From Spirochaetia bacterium (GTDB taxonomy: Bacteria > Spirochaetota > Spirochaetia > SZUA-6 > Bin103): 64,000 nucleotides of DNA. Below the pieces are notes generated by a model. It saw only the letters and a program-made list of their open reading frames with translations, was not told where the DNA came from and did not search any database. Each line of letters begins with the position of its first letter. Position 1 is the stretch's first letter. The translations under genes were made by a program, and so were the position numbers. Shown here one piece after another: positions 19,728 to 29,513 of this stretch. The stretch is taken from the NCBI GenBank assembly GCA_965208575.1, contig CBDBOV010000004.1, positions 896,001-960,000 of the forward strand, written 5' to 3'.

Positions 19728-21098
19728 ATGACACCTCCCACCACCTCGAAGTCGTGCAGGAGGCACGCGCCGATTATGCTCGCCGTGATCGCAGGTGTGT
19801 TCGCCACCGTAAGTTGCGGGCCCGCGGCGATGCGCAAGCCCGACTGCGATGCCTGGAATACCGGGGAGTTCTTCGAGACCGCATCCGTTCGCGACGTGGC
19901 CACCTGCGTGCATACCGACGGCGACATCCACGCACGTGACGCCGACCTCAATACGCTGCTCCACCTTGCGGCCAGGTACGCCAACGATCCACGCATCCTC
20001 GACAAGCTGATCGACGCCGGTCTGGACGTGCAGGCACGCAACCGCAGCCGTACGCAGCCATTGCACTACGCCGCGGGGTTCAACGACGACCCGGCATTCA
20101 TCACCACGTTGGTGCACGCGGGCGCGGACCTGGAGGGCCGCAACGGCATCGGCTTCACGCCGCTGCATTTTGCCGCCCGCCACAACGCGAGTGTGATCGT
20201 GCTCACCGCCCTGCTGAGCGCCGGTGCGGACCTGCACTCCCAGCACGGTCTCGACGGCACACCGCTGCACGTGGCGGCAGCGTTCAACGAGAACGTCGAA
20301 GTAGTCCGGACCCTGATCGACGCGGGGGCAGATCCCGACTTGGTCAACCGTTCCGGGTACACCCCTCTGCACAGCGCCGGCACCAACGAGACCGCGGGCG
20401 TCATCACCGCCCTGCTGGCAGCCGGAGCTGACGTCAACGCGATGCACCGGGATGAGGGTACACCGCTGCACACCGCCGCGGGGGCCAACAAGAACCCGGA
20501 AGTAATCAGGCTGCTGGTCGCCGCCGGAGCAGACCTCGAGGCGCGCAACGAGAACGGCCAGACTGCGCTGCACGTAGCGGCTGCCATCAATCGAACCGCG
20601 GCGGTGGTCGAGGCGCTGGTGCAGGCGTATCGCAACGACGGAGTCGGCCTTGCTGCGCGCAACAATGCCGGCAACACGCCGCTGCACCTGGCGGCGGCGG
20701 CCAACGTCAATCCGCTGGTGATCGTCGCACTGGTTCGGGGCGGAGCGAGCGTGGACGCCCGCAACGACTACGGAGGAACTCCGCTGCATTCGTTCGCGCT
20801 GCACCGTGCTCCATTCCGTTCCGGCCGGGCGTCCGCCGGCGGACGGTTGCCGCTGCTGGGTCCGCTTCTCGTCAATACGCTCGTCACCCTGTCGGCAGAC
20901 AAGGACGCGCGCGACAACTACGGCCGTACGCCGTTGCACGTCGCGGCCCTGTACAACGAGGAGATCAGCATCTTCGAGGCACTGCTGTCGGTCGAGCCGA
21001 ACCTGAACGTGCGCGACGACGAGGGCAATACGCCGCTCCGGTACGTCCACGACGAGGACATCATCGCGATCCTGATCGAGGCCGGCGCAACCTACTGA
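19728..21098 (+). CDS. Exported ankyrin-repeat (lipo)protein, about 11 repeats
   Basis: Repeated G.TPLH.AA....LL.AGAD..AR units; signal/lipobox-like FATVSC; N-cap DCDAWNTGEFFETAS. Confidence 0.93.
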   Translation: MTPPTTSKSCRRHAPIMLAVIAGVFATVSCGPAAMRKPDCDAWNTGEFFETASVRDVATCVHTDGDIHARDADLNTLLHLAARYANDPRILDKLIDAGLDVQARNRSRTQPLHYAAGFNDDPAFITTLVHAGADLEGRNGIGFTPLHFAARHNASVIVLTALLSAGADLHSQHGLDGTPLHVAAAFNENVEVVRTLIDAGADPDLVNRSGYTPLHSAGTNETAGVITALLAAGADVNAMHRDEGTPLHTAAGANKNPEVIRLLVAAGADLEARNENGQTALHVAAAINRTAAVVEALVQAYRNDGVGLAARNNAGNTPLHLAAAANVNPLVIVALVRGGASVDARNDYGGTPLHSFALHRAPFRSGRASAGGRLPLLGPLLVNTLVTLSADKDARDNYGRTPLHVAALYNEEISIFEALLSVEPNLNVRDDEGNTPLRYVHDEDIIAILIEAGATY

Positions 21099-21153
21099 GG
21101 GCCACGCGCCGGTCGATCTTGACGATTCGGCGCCCCGTTCCATACTGGTAGCC

Positions 21154-22365
21154 ATGCTGCGGACCCTGCGCTCGGTGCTGCGCTTCCGGCGGCGGGCGCG
21201 TACGCGTGCCGAACGGTTGCGTGCCGATGCGGCCAACATAGATGACCTTCGCCGGCTGGCGCGGCGCCGGCTGCCGGGCGGCGTATTCGACTACATCGAC
21301 GGCGGCGCCGAGGACGAGGTAACCATGCGCGCCAACAGCGGCGCGTTCCGGCGCTGGCACTTCGCCCCGCGCGTGCTGCGCGACGTATCGCGCGTGGACA
21401 CCTCGACCACGCTGCTCGGCCGCCGGCAGCCGTTTCCGCTGATCCTTGCGCCGGCCGGCTTCACCCGCATGCCCGACCCCGACGGCGAGGTCGCGGTAGC
21501 GCGCGCCGCCGCCCGCGCCGGGCTCCCCTACTGCCTGTCCACCGTGGCGACGCGCTCGATCGAGGAGGTGGCCGCCGCCGCGGCCGACGGCTGCCACTGG
21601 TTTCAACTCTATCCCCTGCGCGACCGCGAACTGACCCGCGAGCTGGTGCAACGGGCCGCCGACGCCGGCTATGAGGCGATGATGCCGACCGTGGACATGG
21701 CGGTATCGGGGCGCCGCGAACGCGACGTGCGGCGCGGCTTCACGCTGCCGCCGCAGATCGGCCTGGGCACTATCCTGGACGGCCTGCGCCACCCCGGCTG
21801 GACCTGGCGCTTCATCCGCTCGGAGCCGATCGTGTTCTCCAACGTCATGGGACGCTCGGCACCGGACGGCACCACGCCGGTGGCCCTGGCGGACTTCATC
21901 AACACGCAGTTCGACCCCGGATTCTCCTGGCGCGACGTGGCGTGGCTGCGCGACGCGTGGCAGGGCGCCCTGGTCGTCAAGGGCATTCAGACGGTGGCCG
22001 ACGCCCGCATCGCCGCCGACCACGGCTGCGATGCGATCGTGGTGTCCAACCACGGCGGGCGCCAGCTCGACGGCGCGCCGCCCGCTCTCGACCTGGTCGC
22101 GCCGGTGAAGGACGCCGTCGGCGACCGCGCCGCCGTGATCTGCGACGGCGGCGTGCGGCGCGGCGGCGACATCGTCAAGGCGCTGGCCCTGGGGGCCGAT
22201 GCCTGCATGGCGGGCCGCGCCTACCTGTACGGACTGGGCGCCGGCGGTGAGGCCGGCGTGGATTACGCCATCGAGCTGCTTGCCGAGGAGATGAACCGCA
22301 CCATGGCGCTGATCGGCTGCACCTCGGTGGCGCAGATCGGGCGCGCCCACGTGGCACCGGCGTGA
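21154..22365 (+). CDS. FMN-dependent alpha-hydroxy-acid dehydrogenase (LldD/MftD-like)
   Basis: FDYIDGGAEDE, WFQLY, TVD, VVKGI, VSNHGGRQLDG, DGGVRRG. Confidence 0.92.
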   Translation: MLRTLRSVLRFRRRARTRAERLRADAANIDDLRRLARRRLPGGVFDYIDGGAEDEVTMRANSGAFRRWHFAPRVLRDVSRVDTSTTLLGRRQPFPLILAPAGFTRMPDPDGEVAVARAAARAGLPYCLSTVATRSIEEVAAAAADGCHWFQLYPLRDRELTRELVQRAADAGYEAMMPTVDMAVSGRRERDVRRGFTLPPQIGLGTILDGLRHPGWTWRFIRSEPIVFSNVMGRSAPDGTTPVALADFINTQFDPGFSWRDVAWLRDAWQGALVVKGIQTVADARIAADHGCDAIVVSNHGGRQLDGAPPALDLVAPVKDAVGDRAAVICDGGVRRGGDIVKALALGADACMAGRAYLYGLGAGGEAGVDYAIELLAEEMNRTMALIGCTSVAQIGRAHVAPA

Positions 22366-22387
22366 CGCCGCCGGAGCGGGCGGGACC

Positions 22388-23023
22388 ATGCCGGACGGCA
22401 CCCGGGTGATCGGCCTCACCGGCGGCATCGGCAGCGGCAAGTCGCTGGTCGCCGGCCTGCTCGAAGAGCGCGGCGCGGCGGTGATCGACGCCGATACGGC
22501 AGCTCACGAGGTGTACCAGCCGGGAACCGAGGGCTGGCACGCGGTGGTGGCGGCCTTCGGCACGGGGATCGTGGATGAACACGGCGCCATCTCGCGCTCG
22601 CGCCTGGGGCGGATCGTGTTCAGCGACGACGCCGCCCGCCGCCGTCTGAATGCCATCGTCCACCCGCGCGTTAGCCGATTGCTGGCCGACCGCGTGGCCC
22701 GGGCGCAGCGCGACGGCGCCCGCGTTCTGGTGCTGGAAGTGCCGCTCCTGGTCGAGGCGATCAGGTCCGGCGGGGACTGGAAGGGCACGTACGACGAGAT
22801 CTGGGTGGTCACCGCCCCCGAGGAGCAGGTGATCGCGCGCGTCCTGGCGCGCGGCGGCATGAACGAGGCACGCGTCAGGGCGGTGATCCGGTCACAGGCA
22901 AGCACCGCGGAGCGACTCCGCTACGCGGACGTGGTGATCGAAAACGCCGCCGGCATCGACCTGCTGCGCGATCGGGTCACCGCACTCTGGGACGAGCGGC
23001 TGGCATCGTACGCCGCCGACTGA
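22388..23023 (+). CDS. coaE: Dephospho-CoA kinase
   Basis: IGLTGGIGSGKS, IDAD, LNAIVHP, EVPLL, ADVVIEN. Confidence 0.95.
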   Translation: MPDGTRVIGLTGGIGSGKSLVAGLLEERGAAVIDADTAAHEVYQPGTEGWHAVVAAFGTGIVDEHGAISRSRLGRIVFSDDAARRRLNAIVHPRVSRLLADRVARAQRDGARVLVLEVPLLVEAIRSGGDWKGTYDEIWVVTAPEEQVIARVLARGGMNEARVRAVIRSQASTAERLRYADVVIENAAGIDLLRDRVTALWDERLASYAAD

Positions 23024-23149
23024 CATCGGCACCGCCGTCCACTGCGCCGCCGGACCGATCCGACGGGGAAGCGCCTCGCCGCAGGCTCCGGAGCCCGACG
23101 AGCGATCCAAGCGACGCGTGCGGTGGTAGAATGGCGCACGGGAGGAACC

Positions 23150-23527
23150 ATGCCGTTTGTCGCATTGAACGAGTTGCCGAAGCTGGAGCTGTTTCCGGGG
23201 ATACGTAGCGCCCTGGTGGCCGGCGAGCGGGTGATGCTGTCCGCGCTGGAGATGGAGGATGGCGGCGTGGTGCCGGAGCACAGCCATCCGCATGAGCAGG
23301 CGGGCCTGGTCCTGGAGGGCAGGCTGCGCCTGCGCATCGGCGACGAAGAGCGCGAGTTGGAACCCGGCGACGCGTTCCTGATTCCGCCGCACGTGGTTCA
23401 CTCCGGGGTGGTGACCGGCGGCCCCGCCCGCGTGCTCGACATCTTCAGCCCGGTGCGCGAGGACTATGTGAACCGCTACAACAGCTTCACCGGCACCGGC
23501 GGCGACACCCGCTGGCACGACCGCTGA
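23150..23527 (+). CDS. Cupin-domain protein
   Basis: PEHSHPHEQ...IPPHVVH...DIFSPVREDY; GGAGG RBS. Confidence 0.9.
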   Translation: MPFVALNELPKLELFPGIRSALVAGERVMLSALEMEDGGVVPEHSHPHEQAGLVLEGRLRLRIGDEERELEPGDAFLIPPHVVHSGVVTGGPARVLDIFSPVREDYVNRYNSFTGTGGDTRWHDR

Positions 23528-23552
23528 CGCGGCCGCACGGCTGCCGCGGAGG

Positions 23553-24800
23553 TCAATGGCCGGCCGCGGCGGCGGGCTGCGGCGGCGCGGTGACGCGCGG
23601 GATGCCGAACGCGGTGACCGCCGTGACCACGGCGATCATGCCGGCGAGCAGGAACACCATCTCGTAACCGGACGCCTTCCAGATGATGCCGCCGAGGAAC
23701 GGCACGGTCATCGAGAACACGTGGTCGATGGTGAGCCCCATCGACAGTGTCGTGGACAGCTCGTCGCGGTCGGCGCACAGCCGCCCCACGTATACCGCGC
23801 GCGCGGCGCCGACGAAGAACAGCACGTGGTCGACCACGTAGGTGGCGCCGACCACGATCAGGCCGATCGCCGGCACAAAGAGCTGCGCGCCGTAGCCGTA
23901 CATCAGGCACACCACGCACAGCAGCAGGGCGTCGGCGCCGAGCACGGCGCGCGGGCCGTAGCGGTCGATCAGGCGGCCGATCAGCGGCTGCGCGGCCAGG
24001 TTGGTCACCGCCGTGGCCACCCACAGGATGGCGATGGTCTGCACCGGCTGCTCGTAGATCACCACCAGCACCCACACCGCGAACGTGATGAACACCTGCT
24101 TGCGCACGCCGAACAGGGCGCACAGCGCGTAGTAGCGCAGGAACTTGCGCTTCAGCACCAGCTTGCGGCGCCGCATGCGCACCTCCGGCTGGCCGCGCAT
24201 CGCCAGCCGGGTCAGCACCATCGAGGCCAGGAACAGCCCGACCGCCACCGCGAAGTAGAACGCAAAGTCCAGGTCGGTGACGGCGCGCAGCCCCCACACG
24301 ATGCCGGCCATCGCCAGCCCGGCAAGCGTCTTCCAGAATCCGATGCGGCCGAGCCGGCTGCCCGCGCTCGCCAAGTCGCCGTGATCCACCACGATGGCGC
24401 GCTCGATCAGCATGCCCATGTGCTGCCCTGCCGAGTAGCACATCACGAACAGGATCAGCGGCAGTCCGGGGCCGATGCCCGCTACGCCGTCGGCGAGCGC
24501 CCGCGCCGGCAGCAGGGCCAGTCCCGCTACGCCGATCGCTGCCACCACCGCGGCCAGCGAGAACAGGCGCCGTTCGGTGAGCGTGCCGAGCAGCACCACG
24601 TAGAACACCATCGCGAACCCCTGCGACTCGCGCGGAAACTCCAGGAATCCGCGGAACCACTCGCCGACCGCGTAGCGCTCGCGCAGGAAATTGGCGAAGT
24701 TGACCTCCACCGTGGTGGTGGCGGCGGCGAACGCCGCGAACGCCGCCACCAGGATCAGGTATGCGCGCATCGAATCGCGGCGCGCCTGGCTGGTGCTCAT
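23553..24800 (-). CDS. MFS transporter
   Basis: About 12 TM segments, LEFPRESQG, GRLIDRYGPR. Confidence 0.85.
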   Translation of the reverse strand: MSTSQARRDSMRAYLILVAAFAAFAAATTTVEVNFANFLRERYAVGEWFRGFLEFPRESQGFAMVFYVVLLGTLTERRLFSLAAVVAAIGVAGLALLPARALADGVAGIGPGLPLILFVMCYSAGQHMGMLIERAIVVDHGDLASAGSRLGRIGFWKTLAGLAMAGIVWGLRAVTDLDFAFYFAVAVGLFLASMVLTRLAMRGQPEVRMRRRKLVLKRKFLRYYALCALFGVRKQVFITFAVWVLVVIYEQPVQTIAILWVATAVTNLAAQPLIGRLIDRYGPRAVLGADALLLCVVCLMYGYGAQLFVPAIGLIVVGATYVVDHVLFFVGAARAVYVGRLCADRDELSTTLSMGLTIDHVFSMTVPFLGGIIWKASGYEMVFLLAGMIAVVTAVTAFGIPRVTAPPQPAAAAGH

Positions 24801-24813
24801 CGCAGGTATCCTT

Positions 24814-27327
24814 TCACGACCGTCGGTACGCCCGCACCTCACCGGGCAGCCGGCCGCGATAGTACCAGAGCAGGGCCGGTACGAACGCCAGCGATCCGAT
24901 CGCGGCGGCCGCGATGGTCGCCGCCAGCAACCCGCCGAGCCGGGCCACCGGAGTAAAGCTCGACAGCGACAGCACCAGCAGCCCGGCGGCCAGCGACACC
25001 GTGTTGATCACGATCGCCCGGCCCGAGGTCACCATCGTCGCGCGGATCATGCGCCCGGCGTCGCCGGACGACCCGCGGCGAGCACGGCGCAGGAATCCCA
25101 CGATCATGTGGACGGCGTAGTCCACGCCCGCGCCCACGGCGACGCTCGAGAACATCATGGTCAGCGTGTCCAGCGAGCGGCCGGTCACCGACAGGAAGGC
25201 GAGAATCACCAGGATGCCGAACGCCATCGGCAGCAGCGCCAGCACGCCGAGCGCCGCCGAGCGAAAGCCGGCGGCGGCGACCGCGAACACCAGCACCAGG
25301 GCGACGCCGATCGAGATCAGGTGGTCGCGCACCAGCACCTCGGTGAGGCGCAGGGCGGCCACGCTTCCGCTCCAGATCTGCACGCCGAGGTCTGCCGGCA
25401 GGGTTTCGCTCGCCATCTGCTCGACGCGGTCGAGAAACTCGCGCAAGCGCCCCTCCAGGAAGAAGGTGTCCTCGCGCACGTCGAACACACGCGCGTTCAG
25501 GTGCAGTTGCGTGCCGTCGGCGGCGATCGGGGCGGCTCCGATGGCGCCGCCGGCATCGCGCATCGCCGCCAGGATGCGCGCCAGCAGCAGCAGGGCGGCG
25601 CGCCGCTCCGGCACCTCACGACGACCGGCCAGCGCCAGGTTCATGCGCTCCAGTTCGGAAATGAACGAGTAGCTCCAGCTCACCCCCGGCAGGGCCCGCA
25701 CCTCGTGCTCGAATCGTGCCACCTCGCGCAGCACTTCAGGGTCCAGGAAGTAGCCGGTCCGCGGCTCGCCCGCATCGGTGCGCGGTGCCGAGATGGTCAC
25801 GTTGAAGTCGACGAATCCGCTGAGCCGGCGCTGCACGTGCAGGTTGCGGTCCATCACCGTGTCCGTGCCGCGGAAAAAGCGGGTGAAGTCGGTCTCGTAG
25901 CGCAATCCGAGGGCAGAGGCGGCGAGCAGCGCAAACAGGATCGGCAGCGCGATGGCGATCATGCGCCGGTGCTGCAGCACCCAGCCGGAGACGGCGAACA
26001 CGGCCCGCGTCAGGCGCCTCGACTCCTCGCTGCGCGGTGCGCGCGGACGCACGCCGAGCACCTGCACGCACGCCGGCAGGAACAGCAGCGCGAGCACCGC
26101 GCAGTAGGCGATGCCGAGTCCGGTGATCACCCCGAACTCGCGCACCGCGGCGATCGAAGCGGTGGCCAGGCCGGCGAATCCGGCGGCGGTGGTCACGGCG
26201 GCCAGCACCACCGTCACGCCGATGGGGCCGAGGCCCGCGACCGACGAAGAGAACCGTTGCGCCCGTCCCGGTTGCGTCGCACGGGCATGCTCGCCGCCGC
26301 GCTGTCCGACCGCCGGCAGCAGGTAGGAGGTGAGGATGTGCACGCTGTAGGCGCTGCCGAGGGTCATCACGAACGGCGGCGTGGTCACGCTCACAATGGT
26401 GAAGTCGAGGCCCAGCGCGCTCATGGTGCCTACCGTCCACACGCTCGCGACGGCGACCACCAGCACCGGCAGGACCATCGCCGCCAGCGAGCGGAAGCTC
26501 ACGTAGTAGGTCGCCATGATCACCACGACCGACACGATCAGCAGCAGCGGCAGGTCGCCGGTCAGGTGGTCGCGCGTGGCGGCATCTATCGTCGGCATGC
26601 CGGCCAGCGACACCTCGACCCCCGCGTCGCGCAGCGGTTGCACGGCAGCGTCGACGGCGCCGAACAGGGGGCGGTAGTCGCCGCGCAGCGGCACGTTGAA
26701 CAGCACGCCGAGGGCCGTGCCGTCGGCGGAAACCACCAGCCCGCGCGCCAGCGGGTCGTCCGCGAGGCGCTGCCTGAACCGCTGCACGGCCGGGGCGTCG
26801 GGCGGGGCGGCGCCGCCCGCGGCGGCGGGTTCGAACAGCAGCCGGCCGCCGGCACGCACGTAGGAGATGAACCGGTAGGGATCGATGACCGCGGTCACCT
26901 CCGGGCGCGCCTCGATCTGCTCGACGGCGTCGCGCAGCCGGGCCAGTGTCGCCGGCGCGAACAACGAGTCACCCTCGGCCAGCAGCACCAGCCAGTCGGT
27001 CTGCGCCCGGGTCTGGCCATGTTCCTGCATCAGGGTGACCACCTCGGAGTCCTGCGGCAACAGCTCGTCGACGTTGGCGCTCACCCCCACCCGCGCCGCC
27101 GACCATGCGGCGGCGGCGGTCAGCCCGGCCACGATCGCGATTACCGCCGCCGGGTAGCGCGCCGCCAGGTGCATGCCCGCCTGCACGGCGCGTTCCAGCC
27201 AAGCGGCGCCGCCGCCGTGGGCGCCGCGGGGGCTGGCGCCGGGACTCGGCGGCTTCACGGTTGGTAACTCGAGTGATCGGTCATGGATCGGTGGATGCGG
27301 GTGCGGCAGGAAACTGGTCGTCGCCAA
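24814..27327 (-). CDS. MMPL/RND-family membrane transporter (start uncertain, possibly 27258 or 27174)
   Basis: Two repeats of periplasmic domain + 6 TM; GSAYSVH, GAGVDYAVH, SGRAIVIN. Confidence 0.85.
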   Translation of the reverse strand: MATTSFLPHPHPPIHDRSLELPTVKPPSPGASPRGAHGGGAAWLERAVQAGMHLAARYPAAVIAIVAGLTAAAAWSAARVGVSANVDELLPQDSEVVTLMQEHGQTRAQTDWLVLLAEGDSLFAPATLARLRDAVEQIEARPEVTAVIDPYRFISYVRAGGRLLFEPAAAGGAAPPDAPAVQRFRQRLADDPLARGLVVSADGTALGVLFNVPLRGDYRPLFGAVDAAVQPLRDAGVEVSLAGMPTIDAATRDHLTGDLPLLLIVSVVVIMATYYVSFRSLAAMVLPVLVVAVASVWTVGTMSALGLDFTIVSVTTPPFVMTLGSAYSVHILTSYLLPAVGQRGGEHARATQPGRAQRFSSSVAGLGPIGVTVVLAAVTTAAGFAGLATASIAAVREFGVITGLGIAYCAVLALLFLPACVQVLGVRPRAPRSEESRRLTRAVFAVSGWVLQHRRMIAIALPILFALLAASALGLRYETDFTRFFRGTDTVMDRNLHVQRRLSGFVDFNVTISAPRTDAGEPRTGYFLDPEVLREVARFEHEVRALPGVSWSYSFISELERMNLALAGRREVPERRAALLLLARILAAMRDAGGAIGAAPIAADGTQLHLNARVFDVREDTFFLEGRLREFLDRVEQMASETLPADLGVQIWSGSVAALRLTEVLVRDHLISIGVALVLVFAVAAAGFRSAALGVLALLPMAFGILVILAFLSVTGRSLDTLTMMFSSVAVGAGVDYAVHMIVGFLRRARRGSSGDAGRMIRATMVTSGRAIVINTVSLAAGLLVLSLSSFTPVARLGGLLAATIAAAAIGSLAFVPALLWYYRGRLPGEVRAYRRS

Positions 27328-27500
27328 TCAGTCGTCGCCAACCAGGCGGCCGCATTATCTCCAAACCGGCACCTGCCCGCAACCGCCGCGCGCGCGCCGA
27401 CATCGCGCCGACCCGCGCGGCGCGCGGCGCCGGAGTGCCGGTTGCAGAGGCGCCCGCGGGTTGGCACCATGCGGCGCACGCAACCGGGAGGCAACGCGCG

Positions 27501-28274
27501 ATGGCAGACAGATTGCGACAGAAGGTGGCACTGGTGACCGGCGCCGGTGCGGGGATCGGGGCAGCCACCGCGACACTGTTCGCCGCCGAGGGCGCCTCCG
27601 TTGCACTCGCCGACCTGCAGTCGGGGTCGGTCGAGGCGCGCGCCGCCACGCTTGCCGGCGGCGGCGACGGCGCCGTTGCGCTCACCGGCGACGTGACCCG
27701 GCCGGCGGACGCGGAACGCATGGTGCAGTCGGTGGTGGAGCGCTTCGGGCGCATCGACATCCTGGTCAACTGCGCCGGGGTCACGCCGCGTTACGCGCCG
27801 CCGGAGTGGGACTACGAGCAGACCTGGGACTGGGTGATCGGCGTCAACCTCAAGGGCACCTACCTGATGTCGCGGTTCGCCACCGCCCGCATGCAGCAGC
27901 AGGGCGGCGGCGCGGTGGTCAATCTCTCCTCCATCTACGGCCTGGTCGGGCGCCCCACTTTCTTCGGTACCGGCCACGACCCCTACCCGCCCGCCAAGGG
28001 CGGCATCATCACGCTCACCAAGGACATGGCCAACGCGCTCGGCAAGCACGGCATCCGCATCAACGCGCTGTGCCCCGGCTTCATCTACACGAACATGACC
28101 CGCACCCTCACCGACGATCCGGCCTGGCTCAGCCAGATGGAGGCGATGGAGCCGCTCGGCCGCCTCGGCCAGCCGGAGGAGGTAGCGCAGGCGGCGCTGT
28201 TCCTGGCCTCCGACGACGCCTCGTTCATCACCGGCGTGGCCCTGCCGGTCGACGGCGGCTATACCGCACAGTAG
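27501..28274 (+). CDS. SDR-family oxidoreductase
   Basis: TGAGAGIG, LVNCAG, YPPAK, CPGFI, FITGVALPVDGG. Confidence 0.92.
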   Translation: MADRLRQKVALVTGAGAGIGAATATLFAAEGASVALADLQSGSVEARAATLAGGGDGAVALTGDVTRPADAERMVQSVVERFGRIDILVNCAGVTPRYAPPEWDYEQTWDWVIGVNLKGTYLMSRFATARMQQQGGGAVVNLSSIYGLVGRPTFFGTGHDPYPPAKGGIITLTKDMANALGKHGIRINALCPGFIYTNMTRTLTDDPAWLSQMEAMEPLGRLGQPEEVAQAALFLASDDASFITGVALPVDGGYTAQ

Positions 28275-28299
28275 CCGGCGCCGCCGTCCGCGGTACGGC

Positions 28300-29412
28300 T
28301 CACAGGCCGGGGCCGCGGGCGCTGACCGGCCACAGGTCCACCACCCGCTCGCCGCGGGTGCACACCAGCCAGTCGTGCAGGTTCACGGTGGGGTCGCAGT
28401 GCGGCGGGATCAGGCGCACCTTGTCCCCGATGCGCGGCGCCCGCGCCATCCGCGTCACGTCCAGCGGCGCGTGCTCGTCGGAGGCGCCGCCCACCGTCGC
28501 TCCCTTCCACCCCGGCTCCTGCACCGCCACGCGGGGCAGGCCGCGCTCCACCGTAAACGCCTTCAGGCCCGCGTCGACAATCGCCACGCCGGCGCGCGGC
28601 ATGCTCATTACCTGGGCAAGCAGGAACAGGCTGTGCTCGAAACCCACGCCGCAGTCGCCGTACTCGGCGTCCATCACCACGTAGGAGCCGGCCTGGATCT
28701 CGGTGAAGACGCCGCTTTCCGCATCGTACCGGCAGGTGCCGCTGCCGCTGCCGGACACCGTCGCGCACGGCAGCCCCGCCGCCGACAGCGCGGCAACGCA
28801 GTCGCGCACGACGCCCGCCACCTGCAAGGACGCGGCACGCCGCTCCTCCGGCGTCGCCAGGTGCTGCGACGAGCCGTGATACGCCTGCAGCCCGGCAAAG
28901 CGCAGGTGGGGCGCGCCCGCCACCTGCCGCGCCAGCGCCACCGCCGGCGCCCCCGGCAGCACGCCGCAGCGCCGCATGCCCACCTCGATCTCCACCAGCA
29001 CCGCCAGCTCCGAACCGGCCGCCGCGGCCGCGGCGCTCAGGTCGGCCACGTTGTCCGCCTGGTCCACGCACACACCGATGCGCGCCCGGCGCGCCAGCGC
29101 CGCCAGCCGCCGGATCTTGGCGGCGTCCACTACCTGGTTGGCCACCAGCACGTCGCCGATGCCGCCGTCCACCATCGCTGCCGCCTCGTTCACCTTCTGG
29201 CAGCACACGCCCACGGCGCCGTGCGCCACCTGCAGGCGCGCCAGGTTCGGGCACTTGTGGCTCTTGGCATGCGGCCGCGGCCGCGCGGGAGTGGCGGCGG
29301 TGATCTCCTGCAGCCGGGCGATGTTGGCCTCGGCGGCATCCAGATCGAGCAGCAGGGCCGGGGTCTCCACGTCGGCGACCGCATCGCCGAGCCGCGCTGG
29401 CAGGTAACTCAT
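28300..29412 (-). CDS. DSD1-family PLP enzyme (D-threonine aldolase / 3-hydroxy-D-aspartate aldolase-like)
   Basis: TPALLLDL, RPHAKSHK, RCGV, GLQAYHG, EIQAGSY, HCDPTVNLH. Confidence 0.9.
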   Translation of the reverse strand: MSYLPARLGDAVADVETPALLLDLDAAEANIARLQEITAATPARPRPHAKSHKCPNLARLQVAHGAVGVCCQKVNEAAAMVDGGIGDVLVANQVVDAAKIRRLAALARRARIGVCVDQADNVADLSAAAAAAGSELAVLVEIEVGMRRCGVLPGAPAVALARQVAGAPHLRFAGLQAYHGSSQHLATPEERRAASLQVAGVVRDCVAALSAAGLPCATVSGSGSGTCRYDAESGVFTEIQAGSYVVMDAEYGDCGVGFEHSLFLLAQVMSMPRAGVAIVDAGLKAFTVERGLPRVAVQEPGWKGATVGGASDEHAPLDVTRMARAPRIGDKVRLIPPHCDPTVNLHDWLVCTRGERVVDLWPVSARGPGL

Positions 29413-29513
29413 CGAGCCGACTCTATGCCACCGCCCCCGCCGCGTCGACCCGCCACGGCACCCGGCGCAGGGCGCGGCTTGCCGGTGCGAAGCTGCGCGG
29501 ATATGGTCGGGCG

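Noticed and set aside
21154-22365. Mycofactocin cluster (MftD-like gene with SDRs nearby)
   Set aside because: No mftA, mftB, mftC, mftE or mftF in the window; a generic alpha-hydroxy-acid dehydrogenase is sufficient
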